Assembly: GCA_965197585.1 (NCBI GenBank)
Contig: OZ240215.1
Location: forward strand, 448,001 to 512,000
From: Dehalococcoidia bacterium
Lineage (GTDB): Bacteria > Chloroflexota > Dehalococcoidia > Plut-88900
Direction of reading: 5' to 3'
Length of the DNA stretch: 64,000 nucleotides
The stretch's first letter is position 1. Every line of letters starts with the position of its first letter. Shown here in pieces: positions 47,168-57,845 of the stretch. Made by a program: the position numbers and the translations under genes. A model generated the notes under the pieces. That model saw only the letters and a list, made by a program, of their open reading frames with translations. It made no database searches and was not told the origin of the DNA.

Positions 47168-48799
47168 ATGGCGAGAACCACCAAGAGGAAGACGGAGGGG
47201 AACCGGGCGGCCATCTACGCCCGCGTATCGGACAAGAGCCAGGACGGGGAGGACAAGACCTCCATCGCCGAGCAGACGGGCGACATGGAAGCCTACTGCG
47301 AGAGCAAGGGACTGACCATCACCGCGCGCTACCAGGAGGTGGGCCGGGGCTGGTCGAAGAAGCGACCCGAGTTCCAGCGGATGCTGGCCGACGCTAGACG
47401 CGGACGCTTCGATACCATCGTGTGCTGGAAGTCCGACCGCCTCAGCCGGGGCATGTACCCCGCCGCTGCCCTCATGGAGGTCGTCGAGGCCCACCAGATT
47501 CGGCTGGAAGCCGTCTTGGACGCCATCGACATGAAGACCTTCGGACTCATGGCGGCCATCGGTAAGATCGAGTTGGACAACTTCCGGGAGCGGTCCACCA
47601 TGGGCAAGCGGGGTACGGCCAAGCAAAGACGGGTGCCCACGGGAAACCTCCCCTACGGGTACCGCATTGGCGATGACGGCAGGCCGGAGGTCGTGGAAGA
47701 GCAGGCGGAGGTCGTCCGTCGCATCTTCCACATGTACGTCCATGAGGGCATGAGGGCCTACTCCATTGCCGTGCAGCTGACCGACGAAGGGGTCCCCACA
47801 CAGGCCGGCAAGCTGACGTGGCTTCAGTCCCGCGTGCACCACATCCTGGGGAACACCACCTACACGGGCACTTGGGTATACGGCAAGTACCGCCATGTCT
47901 CCACCGAGGACGGCATGAAGGTCTACGATCAGCCGAGGGACACTTGGATTGAGATCCCGATGCCGCAAGTCATCGACGACGAGACCTGGGAGCGGGCGCA
48001 GAAGTTGAAGAAGCAGCGAAGCATAAAGGCCAAGAGGAACACGAAGGTGCTCTACCTGTTGCAGCACCTGCTGAAATGCGGGGAGTGCGGCCGCAACTTC
48101 CACACGAGGGCCTCCTGGACAACCACCAGCGTTCGGAACGGCAAGGCTTACACCTACGAACTGACCACCCCCAGACGCTACTACATGTGCAACGGCACTC
48201 AGAGCCTCCGCTTGCGCTGCCGTGAGCGTCCCTACATCCGGGCGGAGCAGTTGGAGGAGCCGATATGGAGCGAGGTGAAGCGGGTGCTCCAGAACCCCGA
48301 CCTGATCGTCGCCGGTATCGCCACCCTCGATTCTCAGGAGGGCGGCGGAATGGAGGAAGAGATCGCCCAGGCCGAGCGAGACCTGCGGAGCATCCAGATG
48401 GAAGAGGATCGCGCCATCAGGCTGTTCGTGTCGGGGAAGATCACCGAGGCCCAACTCGACCTCCAGCGCAGGTTCATCACCGAGCGGCTTGAGAGCGCTA
48501 GGGCGAAGCTGGACGATTACCGGGCTCGTGAGGCGAGCGGAACCGAAAAGCGGCGACTGATGGAGGAGGTCCTAGCCTGGGCAAAAGAGTTCGGCCAGGG
48601 CTTGGACGAGTTGACCTCCGAGGAGCGCCACGATTATCTCCAGAAGCTCGTGGAACAGGTCATCATCGACAGGGACAACAACGTGGACATCACGCTGGCT
48701 ATACCCATCGACGATGACTCCTCAGACCCTGATTCTCCTGACCCTGAGTCCCCTCAGCCTGAGTGCGTGTCAATTGGATCACAAGAATCTTCACGCTGA
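47168..48799 (+). CDS. Large serine recombinase
   Basis: IYARVS, RPEFQRML, DRLSR, PYGY, CGECG...YMC...C zinc ribbon and coiled coil. Confidence 0.95.
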   Translation: MARTTKRKTEGNRAAIYARVSDKSQDGEDKTSIAEQTGDMEAYCESKGLTITARYQEVGRGWSKKRPEFQRMLADARRGRFDTIVCWKSDRLSRGMYPAAALMEVVEAHQIRLEAVLDAIDMKTFGLMAAIGKIELDNFRERSTMGKRGTAKQRRVPTGNLPYGYRIGDDGRPEVVEEQAEVVRRIFHMYVHEGMRAYSIAVQLTDEGVPTQAGKLTWLQSRVHHILGNTTYTGTWVYGKYRHVSTEDGMKVYDQPRDTWIEIPMPQVIDDETWERAQKLKKQRSIKAKRNTKVLYLLQHLLKCGECGRNFHTRASWTTTSVRNGKAYTYELTTPRRYYMCNGTQSLRLRCRERPYIRAEQLEEPIWSEVKRVLQNPDLIVAGIATLDSQEGGGMEEEIAQAERDLRSIQMEEDRAIRLFVSGKITEAQLDLQRRFITERLESARAKLDDYRAREASGTEKRRLMEEVLAWAKEFGQGLDELTSEERHDYLQKLVEQVIIDRDNNVDITLAIPIDDDSSDPDSPDPESPQPECVSIGSQESSR

Positions 48800-49229
48800 G
48801 GTTCAGGTTGGTGCTGTAGAGAGAGGGTCGGGGACAGACCCTCCGGCGGTCTCCCAGCCCTCCGACAGTGCTAGAACCGCCACGTTGCCGGTCACAACAG
48901 CTGCCCAGCGCGCCAAGGCCCTGATCCCAAGTCTGAAGTGGTTCGATGAGCAGCCGCGGTCGTCGTAGTGGCCGCGGGCTACAACATTTGTGTACTGATA
49001 CAGTCGATGCACGAGTTGGACATCGTCCCCGCGTTCACCGCCGGGGCATTGGACAAGAGTTACTCTCTGAACTTGATGGGTTCCTCCCGGACCAATCGTA
49101 AGTGTAGACTATCAGCTGGCCTCTCTGACACAGCGGACAGGTAGTGGGCATGGACAGAGGGATGGACAACGAGAACTCAGAGGTCGTCGAAGCCTCTGTT
49201 ATTGCCGACCTCTCAGTGGGTGCTTACGA

Positions 49230-50048
49230 GTGATGGGCATACTTGTGAGAGTAGTAGCATTCTTAGGAACCTTAGTAGTTCTCGGTGGCATCGCGGCGGC
49301 TGCCATTCTACTGGGCAACGCAACCTCAGGCGATGTAGTTCTCCTCATCCTCGGTGCCGGACTAGGGGCTATTTTGAGCCAGGCCTTTGCATTGTCTGGC
49401 GATTCATGGCTTAGAGGGCGAAGAGAACGGGCGGCCCTCACTGGCTTTGTAGAGAAACTCAGGGAAGTAGAAAGTGAGATGGCTTTCTATCGCACATACA
49501 TGGCCAATGACTTACGAGCGTACCCCGCAGCAGGGATAGCGATAAGCGATGAGGCACGCCGGGCGTTTGATAGTTTGGCAGACATAGACATCAGTCAATA
49601 CCAATTGACCCTACAATCCTTGTTCGACTACGTTGAGTACCACCCCATAGAAACTAAGAAAAAGAGTGAAATAACAAAATGGTTGAGGATTTTCGAGGAA
49701 GATACCAAGCCATGGTTCGCTTCTGGACATCAACAAAGACCGAAAGGGACGCCGGGGCGTTTTTCGGCACTCCTTGATGTATTGGCCAAACGATTAGACT
49801 TCCTGCCTTACGTACGGACAAGGAATTTTGACGCGACCCCTAAGCCAATCCTAATATGTGGACGGATATTCCGCTTCTATTCGAATGAACCTATCACATT
49901 TCATCTATATGCTTCATGGGCATGCCACGTAGAGGCCAACCAAGTTGTCTATTCCCCTGCAGATGGGAAACTGTATTGGTATGATGTTTCCGACACGGGG
50001 AGGAGGTTAGTCGATACAACTGACTACGAGCATCCGTGGGCTGAGTGA
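49230..50048 (+). CDS. Hypothetical membrane protein (2 N-terminal TM segments)
   Basis: 272-aa ORF with two hydrophobic segments. Confidence 0.6.
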   Translation: MMGILVRVVAFLGTLVVLGGIAAAAILLGNATSGDVVLLILGAGLGAILSQAFALSGDSWLRGRRERAALTGFVEKLREVESEMAFYRTYMANDLRAYPAAGIAISDEARRAFDSLADIDISQYQLTLQSLFDYVEYHPIETKKKSEITKWLRIFEEDTKPWFASGHQQRPKGTPGRFSALLDVLAKRLDFLPYVRTRNFDATPKPILICGRIFRFYSNEPITFHLYASWACHVEANQVVYSPADGKLYWYDVSDTGRRLVDTTDYEHPWAE

Positions 50049-50061
50049 GGTTTCTTCAGGC

Positions 50062-50981
50062 GTGTTGATTCGCTGGCTCTCCCTACTTCTGCTGGTCATA
50101 GCTTTCGCAGTGTGCAATGCCGTTCCAACGCCGGCACCAACCGACACTCCTCTCGCTCTCGAATCCGGTCCGACCGTTGCTGCAACGCCATGGCCTGCTA
50201 CCTCATCTCCCCTACGCCAGCACCGACCCCACTCGCTGCCGCGACTACACCGGCGGCCAGCCCGACGCCCGAACCAACGGCAACACCCCACACGACGGCT
50301 GGAACCGATACTTGGCGAGGTCTTATGGTCGCCGCCGAGCACCGCTGCTCGGAGTACAACCCTGTCGACTACCGCTATTCGCAGTCTGTAGAGCCGCGCA
50401 TCGTTGCCAGCATGGGCGGCATCATCTACGGCCGTACACCGGCTCATGGTTCGACAGCACATCTGAGACCGACATCGAGCACATTGTCGCACGCTCCGAG
50501 GCCCACGACAGCGGCCTCTGCGCAGCGGATACTGCGACGAAGCGGCGGTTTTGCCTCTGGCCTGCTGAACCTGACCCTTGCCAGCCCTTCAGTCAACCGT
50601 TCGCAGAAGAGCGACAAGGACGCGGCGGACTGGCTCCCCGACCTGAACCAATGCTGGTTCGCAAACCGCGTGGTCAAGGTGCGCCAGCAATACACCCTCA
50701 CCATCGACTAGCGTGAACGCGACGTGCTGGAGAGCATCCTGGCGGGCTGCACTTCGGCCACTATGGTTGTGCAGCAGTCCCGTCCGCTCCAAACGGCGAC
50801 TCCGAGCCTATCTACGGGAGGTGGAGCGAACATCGATGCCCTCCGGTTGTACGACGACAACGGCGATGGCTGTATCACCTGCGCGGAAGCGTGTGCCCAC
50901 CGCATCGCTCCCGTTCACCGTGGCCACCCAGCGTACCCCTACATGGACGACCGAGACGGCGACGGGGTGGTATGTGAGTGA
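50062..50981 (+). pseudogene. Decayed secreted HNH (DUF1524-like) nuclease with Excalibur Ca-binding domain
   Basis: Pieces in different frames: DIEHIVARSEAHDSG; NLTLASPSVNRSQKSDKD..DW; TAG at 50709; HPAYPYMDDRDGDGVVCE. Confidence 0.8.
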
Positions 50982-51704
50982 ACATCGCCGTCCCAGCGTC
51001 CCCTGCTGTAACAGCGGGGGCCTTTTGCTTGTTTCAGACCGCCGCAGCGATTCCGACACTCACGGCTACGCCCCGCCCGATCCTCGCCTATTCGATAGTG
51101 AGTAAGCGGAAGCTTGTCTTCCTAATTCAACTGAGCGGCTTGATCGTGATGGGGGACTTCCAGTTGGGTCGCACGCAGCGGCTGACAAGGATTGGATTGA
51201 CCTCGCTGGTCAGGATGGCTATGTTCCTGACTGTATGCTCCTCAGCGCCAGCTACCAATCGTCGCGTGGCGGCGGGCGACTCCGCCACGCGACGATCACC
51301 AGCCTCACATCGCTGTACACTAGCTCTTCGTCGAGTCGGCCTCTTGGGTAACCCGCTCCCGGGGTAGCCTCCAAGACGCAACTCTCCGCTTTGGCTCCGG
51401 ACCCCTGCCCGGACCGCCCGGAGGCTCCGCGCTCGTGTGGCAGCGCCATCAGTCGTTCGACGTTCCCGCCGCCCCTTCGATAATCGACTTCCTCGACCTC
51501 ACCCGTCATCCTTCGGCGTCCCAACATCGAGAATTTAATCTGTCAGAGCCACCACGGCGCCATCCAGAGGCATAGTCATTGCCGGCCGGTCCCGTAGACA
51601 CTCTGGCCAACGCCGACCGGGAGCCATCCACGCGGTCCACCAGACTGGATTCGAACTAGTGGGCGCTTCCCCTACTTGTGGGAGTACAACCTAGATTGAC
51701 ACTA

Positions 51705-51734
51705 CCCACCGAAAAGTTGGCAGTACAGTACGCT
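51705..51734 (+). repeat. Dispersed copy of the 12.5-kb repeat
   Basis: CCCACCGAAAAGTTGGCAGTACAGTACGCT, 27/30 identical to 12581-12610. Confidence 0.8.
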
Positions 51735-52090
51735 TAGGTGTGCTTGATCAGACTCGAACTTCTAATCAAGGCCCAACGCGACCGGCACTTAGATGCGTTC
51801 CGCAAACCAGATCCAGTCACTCCGGTCATAGTCATAGGTGAAGGCGTGATACCATACATTGCGTGGCAATCTTCAGGGGCGTTACTTTCGCCCTATGAGT
51901 GTGGTAAGCATTGTGGGAATGAAACCAAATTGTAGGTAGCTCGTAGCTAAAGACGAATCCCACCCTCTCCGCCAGCCCCCAATAGGTCCCGACAGTCCTG
52001 CATTCCCCGGCCACTGGACGGAGGCCTGATGCCCAGTCTGCCTGTTAGCTATGGAGACCCACGACTCCTAAGGATCATCACATAAAGCCC

Positions 52091-53230
52091 ATGGCCATAA
52101 CTTCGCTGATCTCTGCTGACTCCCACGTTGTAGAACCTCCCGACCTTTGGCAGGAGAGGATAGATAGCCGGTTCAAGGATGCCGCCCCGAGGCTTGTAGA
52201 GGAAGATGGAGTGCATCGTTGGGTGGTGGGAGATGGGGTTAATTTGGGGTCGTTGGGTGCGCCTTCGCAGGCTGGGCGTCGGTATGAGGGATTGTCGAAC
52301 CTGGGGCTTGCCGCCCGAATGGAAGAGGTCCCCGAAGCGGCGTACGAACCCAAAGCTCGGGTAGAGGCCATGGCGCAGGATGGCGTCGAGGCCGAGATGG
52401 TCTACTCGACCATCGGGACCCGCATCTATACTTCGCCCGTTAATGGAGAGCTGATGTCGGCCTGTTTTCGTGCGGTGAATGACTGGACGTCTGAATTTGT
52501 CGGGGCTTTTCCAAGTAAGCTGGCTGGCGCAGCCCTTATAAACGTAGAAAACACCGAGGATGCTGTAGATGAACTGCACAGGTGCTCCAAGTTAGGATTG
52601 CGCTCTGCAGCCGTGGCTACCTATCCGGGAGATGAATCGCCCTACCGCCTGCCCTTCTACAACTCGTTTTGGGAAAAGGCCGAGGATCTGCGTATGCCTC
52701 TGAGCATGCACGCGGGCTCGGAAAGGCCGGGGCCCGGCAGGTTCAGCATTGGCGACTTTGCCATGACCGTGCAGAAGTCCGGTGACGCAGCCTTCAGATC
52801 TACCTACCACTATTGGGCCATGCGCTCCGTTGCCGATATGGTCTTCGCAGGCGTGTTCGAGCGTTACCCTGGCCTCCAGTTGGCTGTAGTTGAGCACGAC
52901 GTAGGCTGGGCGCCGCACTTCATACACCGCATGGACATGACCTATTCCGAACATGGGTACGTGTCGGAAATACGCTTCAAGGACGGCAAGCTTCCGAGTG
53001 ACTTCATAAGACAGAACGTTCTTTTCACCTTCATGGAGGACCCGGTATTCGTGCCGCTACTTTCTATGGTAGGGGTCGATAGGGTAATGTGGGGCTCGGA
53101 CTACCCACACCGAGAGTCGACCTGGCCACGATCAAGGCAAGTGCTGACTCAGGTGTTGGGAGGACTAACGGAGCAGGAACAGAGGCGGATCACATATACA
53201 AATGCCGCAGAGCTATATAGCCTGGGCTGA
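52091..53230 (+). CDS. Amidohydrolase_2 family protein
   Basis: ISADSHVVEP, MHAG, WGSDYPH. Confidence 0.92.
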   Translation: MAITSLISADSHVVEPPDLWQERIDSRFKDAAPRLVEEDGVHRWVVGDGVNLGSLGAPSQAGRRYEGLSNLGLAARMEEVPEAAYEPKARVEAMAQDGVEAEMVYSTIGTRIYTSPVNGELMSACFRAVNDWTSEFVGAFPSKLAGAALINVENTEDAVDELHRCSKLGLRSAAVATYPGDESPYRLPFYNSFWEKAEDLRMPLSMHAGSERPGPGRFSIGDFAMTVQKSGDAAFRSTYHYWAMRSVADMVFAGVFERYPGLQLAVVEHDVGWAPHFIHRMDMTYSEHGYVSEIRFKDGKLPSDFIRQNVLFTFMEDPVFVPLLSMVGVDRVMWGSDYPHRESTWPRSRQVLTQVLGGLTEQEQRRITYTNAAELYSLG

Positions 53231-53235
53231 CTGCG

Positions 53236-53772
53236 TTGGAGAGTAATGAGATGATCGAAGTAGAAAACTTAGAAAAGACATTTGACAACAAGTTTACCCG
53301 CGAATTCGGGTTCCCCAAGAAAAGGCCTGCGACCAAGGTTAAGTCTTTCCTATCCGACAAGGAAAAGGAATTCATCCAACAATCGCCATTTCTGGTAATG
53401 GCCACAAGCAGCGCCGACGGCACCTGCGACGCATCGCCTAAGGGCGGTATGCCCGGTTTCGTAAAGGTCCTGGACGACACTCGCCTGCTCATCCCCGACG
53501 TTGCCGGGAACAGGCTGTTCCAGTCCTATCTGAACATGACGGACAATCCCCACGTCGGTCTGATCTTCTTCATTCCGGGCATCGGAGATACGGTGCGCGT
53601 GAACGGGACGATGGAATTCGTGAGCAAAGAAGAGCTTGCACGTTTGGAAGTCGAGCTGGAAGTCCACAATCCGGACGACAACTCGAAAGTGCAGCAGGGA
53701 ATCATGGTGAGCATTGAAGAGGCATATGGGCATTGTCCCAGGGCGTTAAACTTCTCCAAGCTGTGGGGTTAA
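53236..53772 (+). CDS. Pyridoxamine 5'-phosphate oxidase-like flavin-binding protein
   Basis: DASPKGG.PGF, PD..GNR, HCPRA. Confidence 0.88.
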   Translation: MESNEMIEVENLEKTFDNKFTREFGFPKKRPATKVKSFLSDKEKEFIQQSPFLVMATSSADGTCDASPKGGMPGFVKVLDDTRLLIPDVAGNRLFQSYLNMTDNPHVGLIFFIPGIGDTVRVNGTMEFVSKEELARLEVELEVHNPDDNSKVQQGIMVSIEEAYGHCPRALNFSKLWG

Positions 53773-53802
53773 GGTAACCTAATCGGGTGCCGACCCACTC
53801 CC

Positions 53803-54093
53803 TTGTCAAAAACTGCACCACGTTCGAGGACTGAAATGTCGTTTGCCGAAGTGCTGGGTACCATAGGCGTAAGCATGATTCTTGTTGGGTTCTCTCTCAA
53901 CCTGTTTGGCCTGATGCAACGCCGCACCTACAAATACGTCCTTCTCAACCTTGTTGGGGGAGCGCTGGCCTGCACCGCCTCAATCCTCATTGAGTTCTTC
54001 CCCTTCGTGATACTGGAGGGCACCTGGACCGTGGTAGCCGTAGTCGGACTCATAAACCTCTTGCGGTCCCGAAAGGCCATGGAGCAGGCATAG
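53803..54093 (+). CDS. Small membrane protein (CBU_0592-like)
   Basis: Three TM segments; Y..LNLVG...F.ILE..W. Confidence 0.7.
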   Translation: MSKTAPRSRTEMSFAEVLGTIGVSMILVGFSLNLFGLMQRRTYKYVLLNLVGGALACTASILIEFFPFVILEGTWTVVAVVGLINLLRSRKAMEQA

Positions 54094-54178
54094 ACTTGTG
54101 CCGCCTTACAGCAATGAAACTGCCCGGTAATTCAGGGGCACTTGACCAGGGCCTCCGCGCCAATCGGGGCCCGAGTCG

Positions 54179-55429
54179 ATGACTACAGCCTACGCCCCTA
54201 CCCCCGTCTACCCCCGATACCGATGGGTCGTGCTCAGTTCCTGGATGCTGCCTCATCTCTGGAGCTTTGTCTTCCTGTCCAGCCTTGGCCTAATGCTGCC
54301 CAGCATTCGGGAGGAACTTGGACTAACGGGCTTGCAGGAAGGCTTCCTGGGCGGCGCATCCCAGCTCGCCAATATCCTCCTGGCCGTTCCCTTCGGCTGG
54401 TTCCTTAGCCGTTTCAACCCCAAGCACATCACCACCATCAGCCTCTTCTGTGCAGCGGGCTTCATCTTCTTCCAGGCTTGGGCCCCGATATACATCCTGC
54501 TCCTTCTCGGCAGGTTCCTCTACGGCGTAACCGCCGTCGCCCGAGAACCCGCCTGGGTCATGCTCATCCGCCGCTGGGTCCCGCCCCGGGAGATCGTAAT
54601 TGCTAACACCATGGGCAACTTCATGTGGGGCTTCGTGGCTCTCGGCATTATGGCCGTGCCCCTGCTCATCAGGGTGCTGGATGATAGCTGGCGCAACGCA
54701 TCCAACGTCATAGCCTTGAGCCTGGTGGCCTTGACCATGGGATGGCTGTTTCTCGGCAAGGATGGCAAGAACTTGGAGGCCGCACGGCAGGCCCCGACCG
54801 AACGCATAAACCCCTTCGCAATCGTCAAGCGCTATAAGGAGCTTTGGCTTCTTGCTTTCGGGATGTTCGGCCAGGGCATCAACTTCACCGGTTTCTCCAC
54901 ATTCTGGCCCAGCTTCCGCCTCGACCATTTTGGAATGTCGGAACTCGAATCCGCGGTGGTGATGGGCATCGGGGGCCTCTTTACATCCTTTACCGGGCTC
55001 AGCGTCGGGCTCTACGTGAGCCACAAGGGAGGCAAGAGGACGGTGCTTATGCTTTCCGGGATCATCCTCGTCGCTTCCTCTATGGGATTGCTTTGGGTAG
55101 GACCCTTGTGGATCCTGGTCCTGCTGTTTGTGGTGCAGAGCCTCGGGTGGACCTTCTTCCCCGCCGCCACGACCATCCCATACGAACTCCCGGGCATCAA
55201 ACCCCGGGAAACCGTCGTCGCCGTCTCGGCCCTCTTCATGTCCCTATGGGGTGGCGCCTTCCTGGGCCCGATCATCTCAGGGGTCATACAGGACCTCACC
55301 TCGGACGTCCGGCTGGCCATCACCATCACCAGCATGGCTCCCCTGTTTATGACAGTCGCCGCCCTCCTCCTGTCCAAGAAATGGGACCTCCCCCCATCGG
55401 CAGAACGCTCCTCCCCCACCCCCGACTAA
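54179..55429 (+). CDS. MFS transporter
   Basis: About 12 hydrophobic segments; LLLGRFLYG. Confidence 0.88.
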   Translation: MTTAYAPTPVYPRYRWVVLSSWMLPHLWSFVFLSSLGLMLPSIREELGLTGLQEGFLGGASQLANILLAVPFGWFLSRFNPKHITTISLFCAAGFIFFQAWAPIYILLLLGRFLYGVTAVAREPAWVMLIRRWVPPREIVIANTMGNFMWGFVALGIMAVPLLIRVLDDSWRNASNVIALSLVALTMGWLFLGKDGKNLEAARQAPTERINPFAIVKRYKELWLLAFGMFGQGINFTGFSTFWPSFRLDHFGMSELESAVVMGIGGLFTSFTGLSVGLYVSHKGGKRTVLMLSGIILVASSMGLLWVGPLWILVLLFVVQSLGWTFFPAATTIPYELPGIKPRETVVAVSALFMSLWGGAFLGPIISGVIQDLTSDVRLAITITSMAPLFMTVAALLLSKKWDLPPSAERSSPTPD

Positions 55430-55437
55430 CCCATTCC

Positions 55438-56436
55438 TCACCCCACCTTCGCCATCACGTCCTTGGCGAAGGACTCGACCTGCTCCATCATTTCGGGGAT
55501 GGTGTCACCGGCGATGTGCAACGCGTTGACGTGGTCGAAACCCTGCTCCTTCAGCCCGCCGATCTTATCGATCACCTCATCCACGGTTCCGATCCAGTTC
55601 TGTTCGACGATGGTATCTAAGGGAACACCCCTCGCGAGGCGCATCATCCCCTGTCGGCTGGTGCGGTAGTGCTCAACCGCTTCCTCGTGGGTGGCGGCGA
55701 GGCTCAGCTCTCCTTCGGCTACTACGTTGATCTCGTCCATGCTACGGCCCTGTGCTTCAAGGAGAGGCTCCAGGGCCTCGATGGCGCTTCTGCCCGCCGA
55801 GGCCTGAGTAAACAGCCCGTTGCCCCACCGTGCGATGCGGCTAAGGGCGTCGGGGTTCCGGCCGGGGGCGTAGATGGGAAGGGGGTTCTGGACGGGCTTG
55901 GGAAATACCTCCACGTCACGGAACTCTACGTACTTACCGGAATAGCTGACGGATCGTTCGGAGTGACCCAGGAGCCGGTGCAGGGCCTCCATCTTCTCGT
56001 CGAGCATGCGGCCCCGGTGTACGCGGCGCATTCTGGGTTGGATCATTTCATACTCGGCTCGGTTGCCGAGGCCTATGCCCAAGGCAACCCTGCCGTTGCT
56101 GAAGTGGTCCAGAGTCGTGATCTGCCGGGCCAGGATTATCGGGTCCCGATAGGGGAGCAGGACGACACCGGTTCCAAGCACGATCTTGTCCGTTACGGCC
56201 GCCAGGTAGGATAAGGACACGATGAGCTCGTACCAGTTAGGCGGGTCGGGGTCTTCCACGGGGGCTACACCAGGGGCGAGGGTCATGAAGTCGGTGCCCC
56301 AGACGGTGTGATAGCCGAGCTTCTCGGCGTCCTGGACTATCTTGACTATCTCCCGGGGCCCGGCGAATGGGATGGGAACGAAGACCGATTCTCGGCTGGT
56401 TGGTATCTCCATGTCGTAATTCATGGGTGTCGACAC
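55438..56436 (-). CDS. LLM-class flavin-dependent oxidoreductase
   Basis: AEKLGY, LAAVT..I.LGTGV, TLDHFSNGR, PKPVQ. Confidence 0.92.
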   Translation of the reverse strand: MSTPMNYDMEIPTSRESVFVPIPFAGPREIVKIVQDAEKLGYHTVWGTDFMTLAPGVAPVEDPDPPNWYELIVSLSYLAAVTDKIVLGTGVVLLPYRDPIILARQITTLDHFSNGRVALGIGLGNRAEYEMIQPRMRRVHRGRMLDEKMEALHRLLGHSERSVSYSGKYVEFRDVEVFPKPVQNPLPIYAPGRNPDALSRIARWGNGLFTQASAGRSAIEALEPLLEAQGRSMDEINVVAEGELSLAATHEEAVEHYRTSRQGMMRLARGVPLDTIVEQNWIGTVDEVIDKIGGLKEQGFDHVNALHIAGDTIPEMMEQVESFAKDVMAKVG

Positions 56437-56680
56437 CTCCTGGGGTTGGCATGGGGCACCGGGCGATTATACGCCGCGAGCTTGCCGAGGGACATGGGTT
56501 TAAGGCAAGGGAGTCTGGGCTTTCTGAGGCGGGCCTTTGATTGATGTGCGGGCTCAGGCGTGATGTTTGATTGTTTTCCGGGAAAACCGGTTTTTTCGCG
56601 TATTGGAGGTGTGGACTAGTGGGCGGTTCCTTTCGTGAGTGGGGTGAGGGGAGAGGGGGGAAGGGTGAGCGGGCAAGTCC

Positions 56681-57730
56681 GAGATTCCTCGCGAAGCCTC
56701 GGAATGGTAAAAGGGAGGGGGAGGGGTGTGGACGCCCCAATCGGGGCGCCCACACCCTGGGCGGCTGGCCGGTCGTCCCCAGTGGGGAAGTGGGCAAGGG
56801 GGAGGGAGGTGATGGAAGGTCCCGGACGGTTGCGCGAGAAGGCGTCTACGCCTGTGCCGATGGGTGGTGTCCGCCTCAGCGGAGGGTTGACATCGGTGAC
56901 GGCTCTGCGACAGCCCCTAACTTCTGAGAGGACGTGGAGGAGAAGCGAGGAAATCTCGCTGTGGGGCGGTCTCGACCACCAGAAGTGCTCGACCGTCCTA
57001 AGGGACGGGAGCGGGGACCCGTGACCGGCGTTCGTAGTCGGAAGTTCTCCGGTTGTGACGACGGTGGAATCCTTAAATGGTGCGTTTGTTTTGAGTCGGA
57101 GGTTGTCCGACTGTTCGGACTGGCCGGCAAGGTCTGCGCCGGTGGAGTCCGGGAAGGGCACGAAGGCCCGAGGGGGCGCTATGGCCCGAGGGAGCGACAT
57201 GACGCCGTGCTCCGGGGCGTCGCCTGAGGAGGCGAAACGGATGCGCCGGGTGAGTGGGGCGCGCACTTGGCAGCAGCCCTGGGAGAGGGTGTGCCGTGAT
57301 TTGTCCGGGAACCTTCCATGCAGGGGGCGGGACGATGATTGATCGCTGCGAAGGCGTAGGCGTAGGGCCTTTGGGCAGCGCTTGTAGTGGGAGTTAAGAA
57401 GCAGGATGGTGGATGGAAAGGGGCTGGGGAGGAGGCGCGTGCCGGTGGCCGGGCGGTGGCATACCGCTCGGTGTCGGCGGGGCCTGAATAGGCTAGTGCG
57501 ACTCATGGGACTCCTTTGGTTCTTTCCCTATATAGGGCCGACGTGCTAGGTCGGCACCTGGGGAATAATATAGTACACATGTTCATATCGAGTCAAGGGG
57601 TTGGCGTCACATCTGAGAGGAGAGGAGCCCCACCCCGTTCCGTTCTTGAAACCCTTCGACGGGGCTCAGGGCGAACGGAACCTCCTCCCTTGGGGATAGA
57701 TACAGGCTCTCGGCGACCGGAATGACGTAT
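56681..57730. repeat. Intergenic region with REP-like palindromic units
   Basis: GAGATTCCTCGCGAAGCCTCGGAATG (56681), CCCTTCGACGGGGCTCAGGGCGAACGG (~57652), GATACAGGCTCTCGGCGACCGGAATGACG (~57699). Confidence 0.45.
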
Positions 57731-57845
57731 GGGGGGTGTGGATAGGATTTTGTAGGATTAGAGATTATTGTGGACGAACTCATCGTAATATAATGGGAGA
57801 CAAGGATCGGGGTGACATCGATCAGAAGATTGGGGAGTTGACGAA

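Larger units (their letters stand above)
1..48799. mobile_element. Mosaic integrative element / genomic island, left end outside the window; right end somewhere between the recombinase and ~51.8 kb
   Basis: AlpA, ImmA/ImmR-like pair, VirD4-like ATPase, replication-relaxation protein, serine recombinase, defence cargo and several pseudogenes; att sites not identified. Confidence 0.7.

Noticed and set aside
18656-50711. Amber recoding suggested by two in-frame TAGs (18656, 50709)
   Set aside because: Many intact genes end in TAG and the second locus also has frameshifts
48800-52090. attR site or tRNA integration target
   Set aside because: No tRNA or matching att core recognisable within the window
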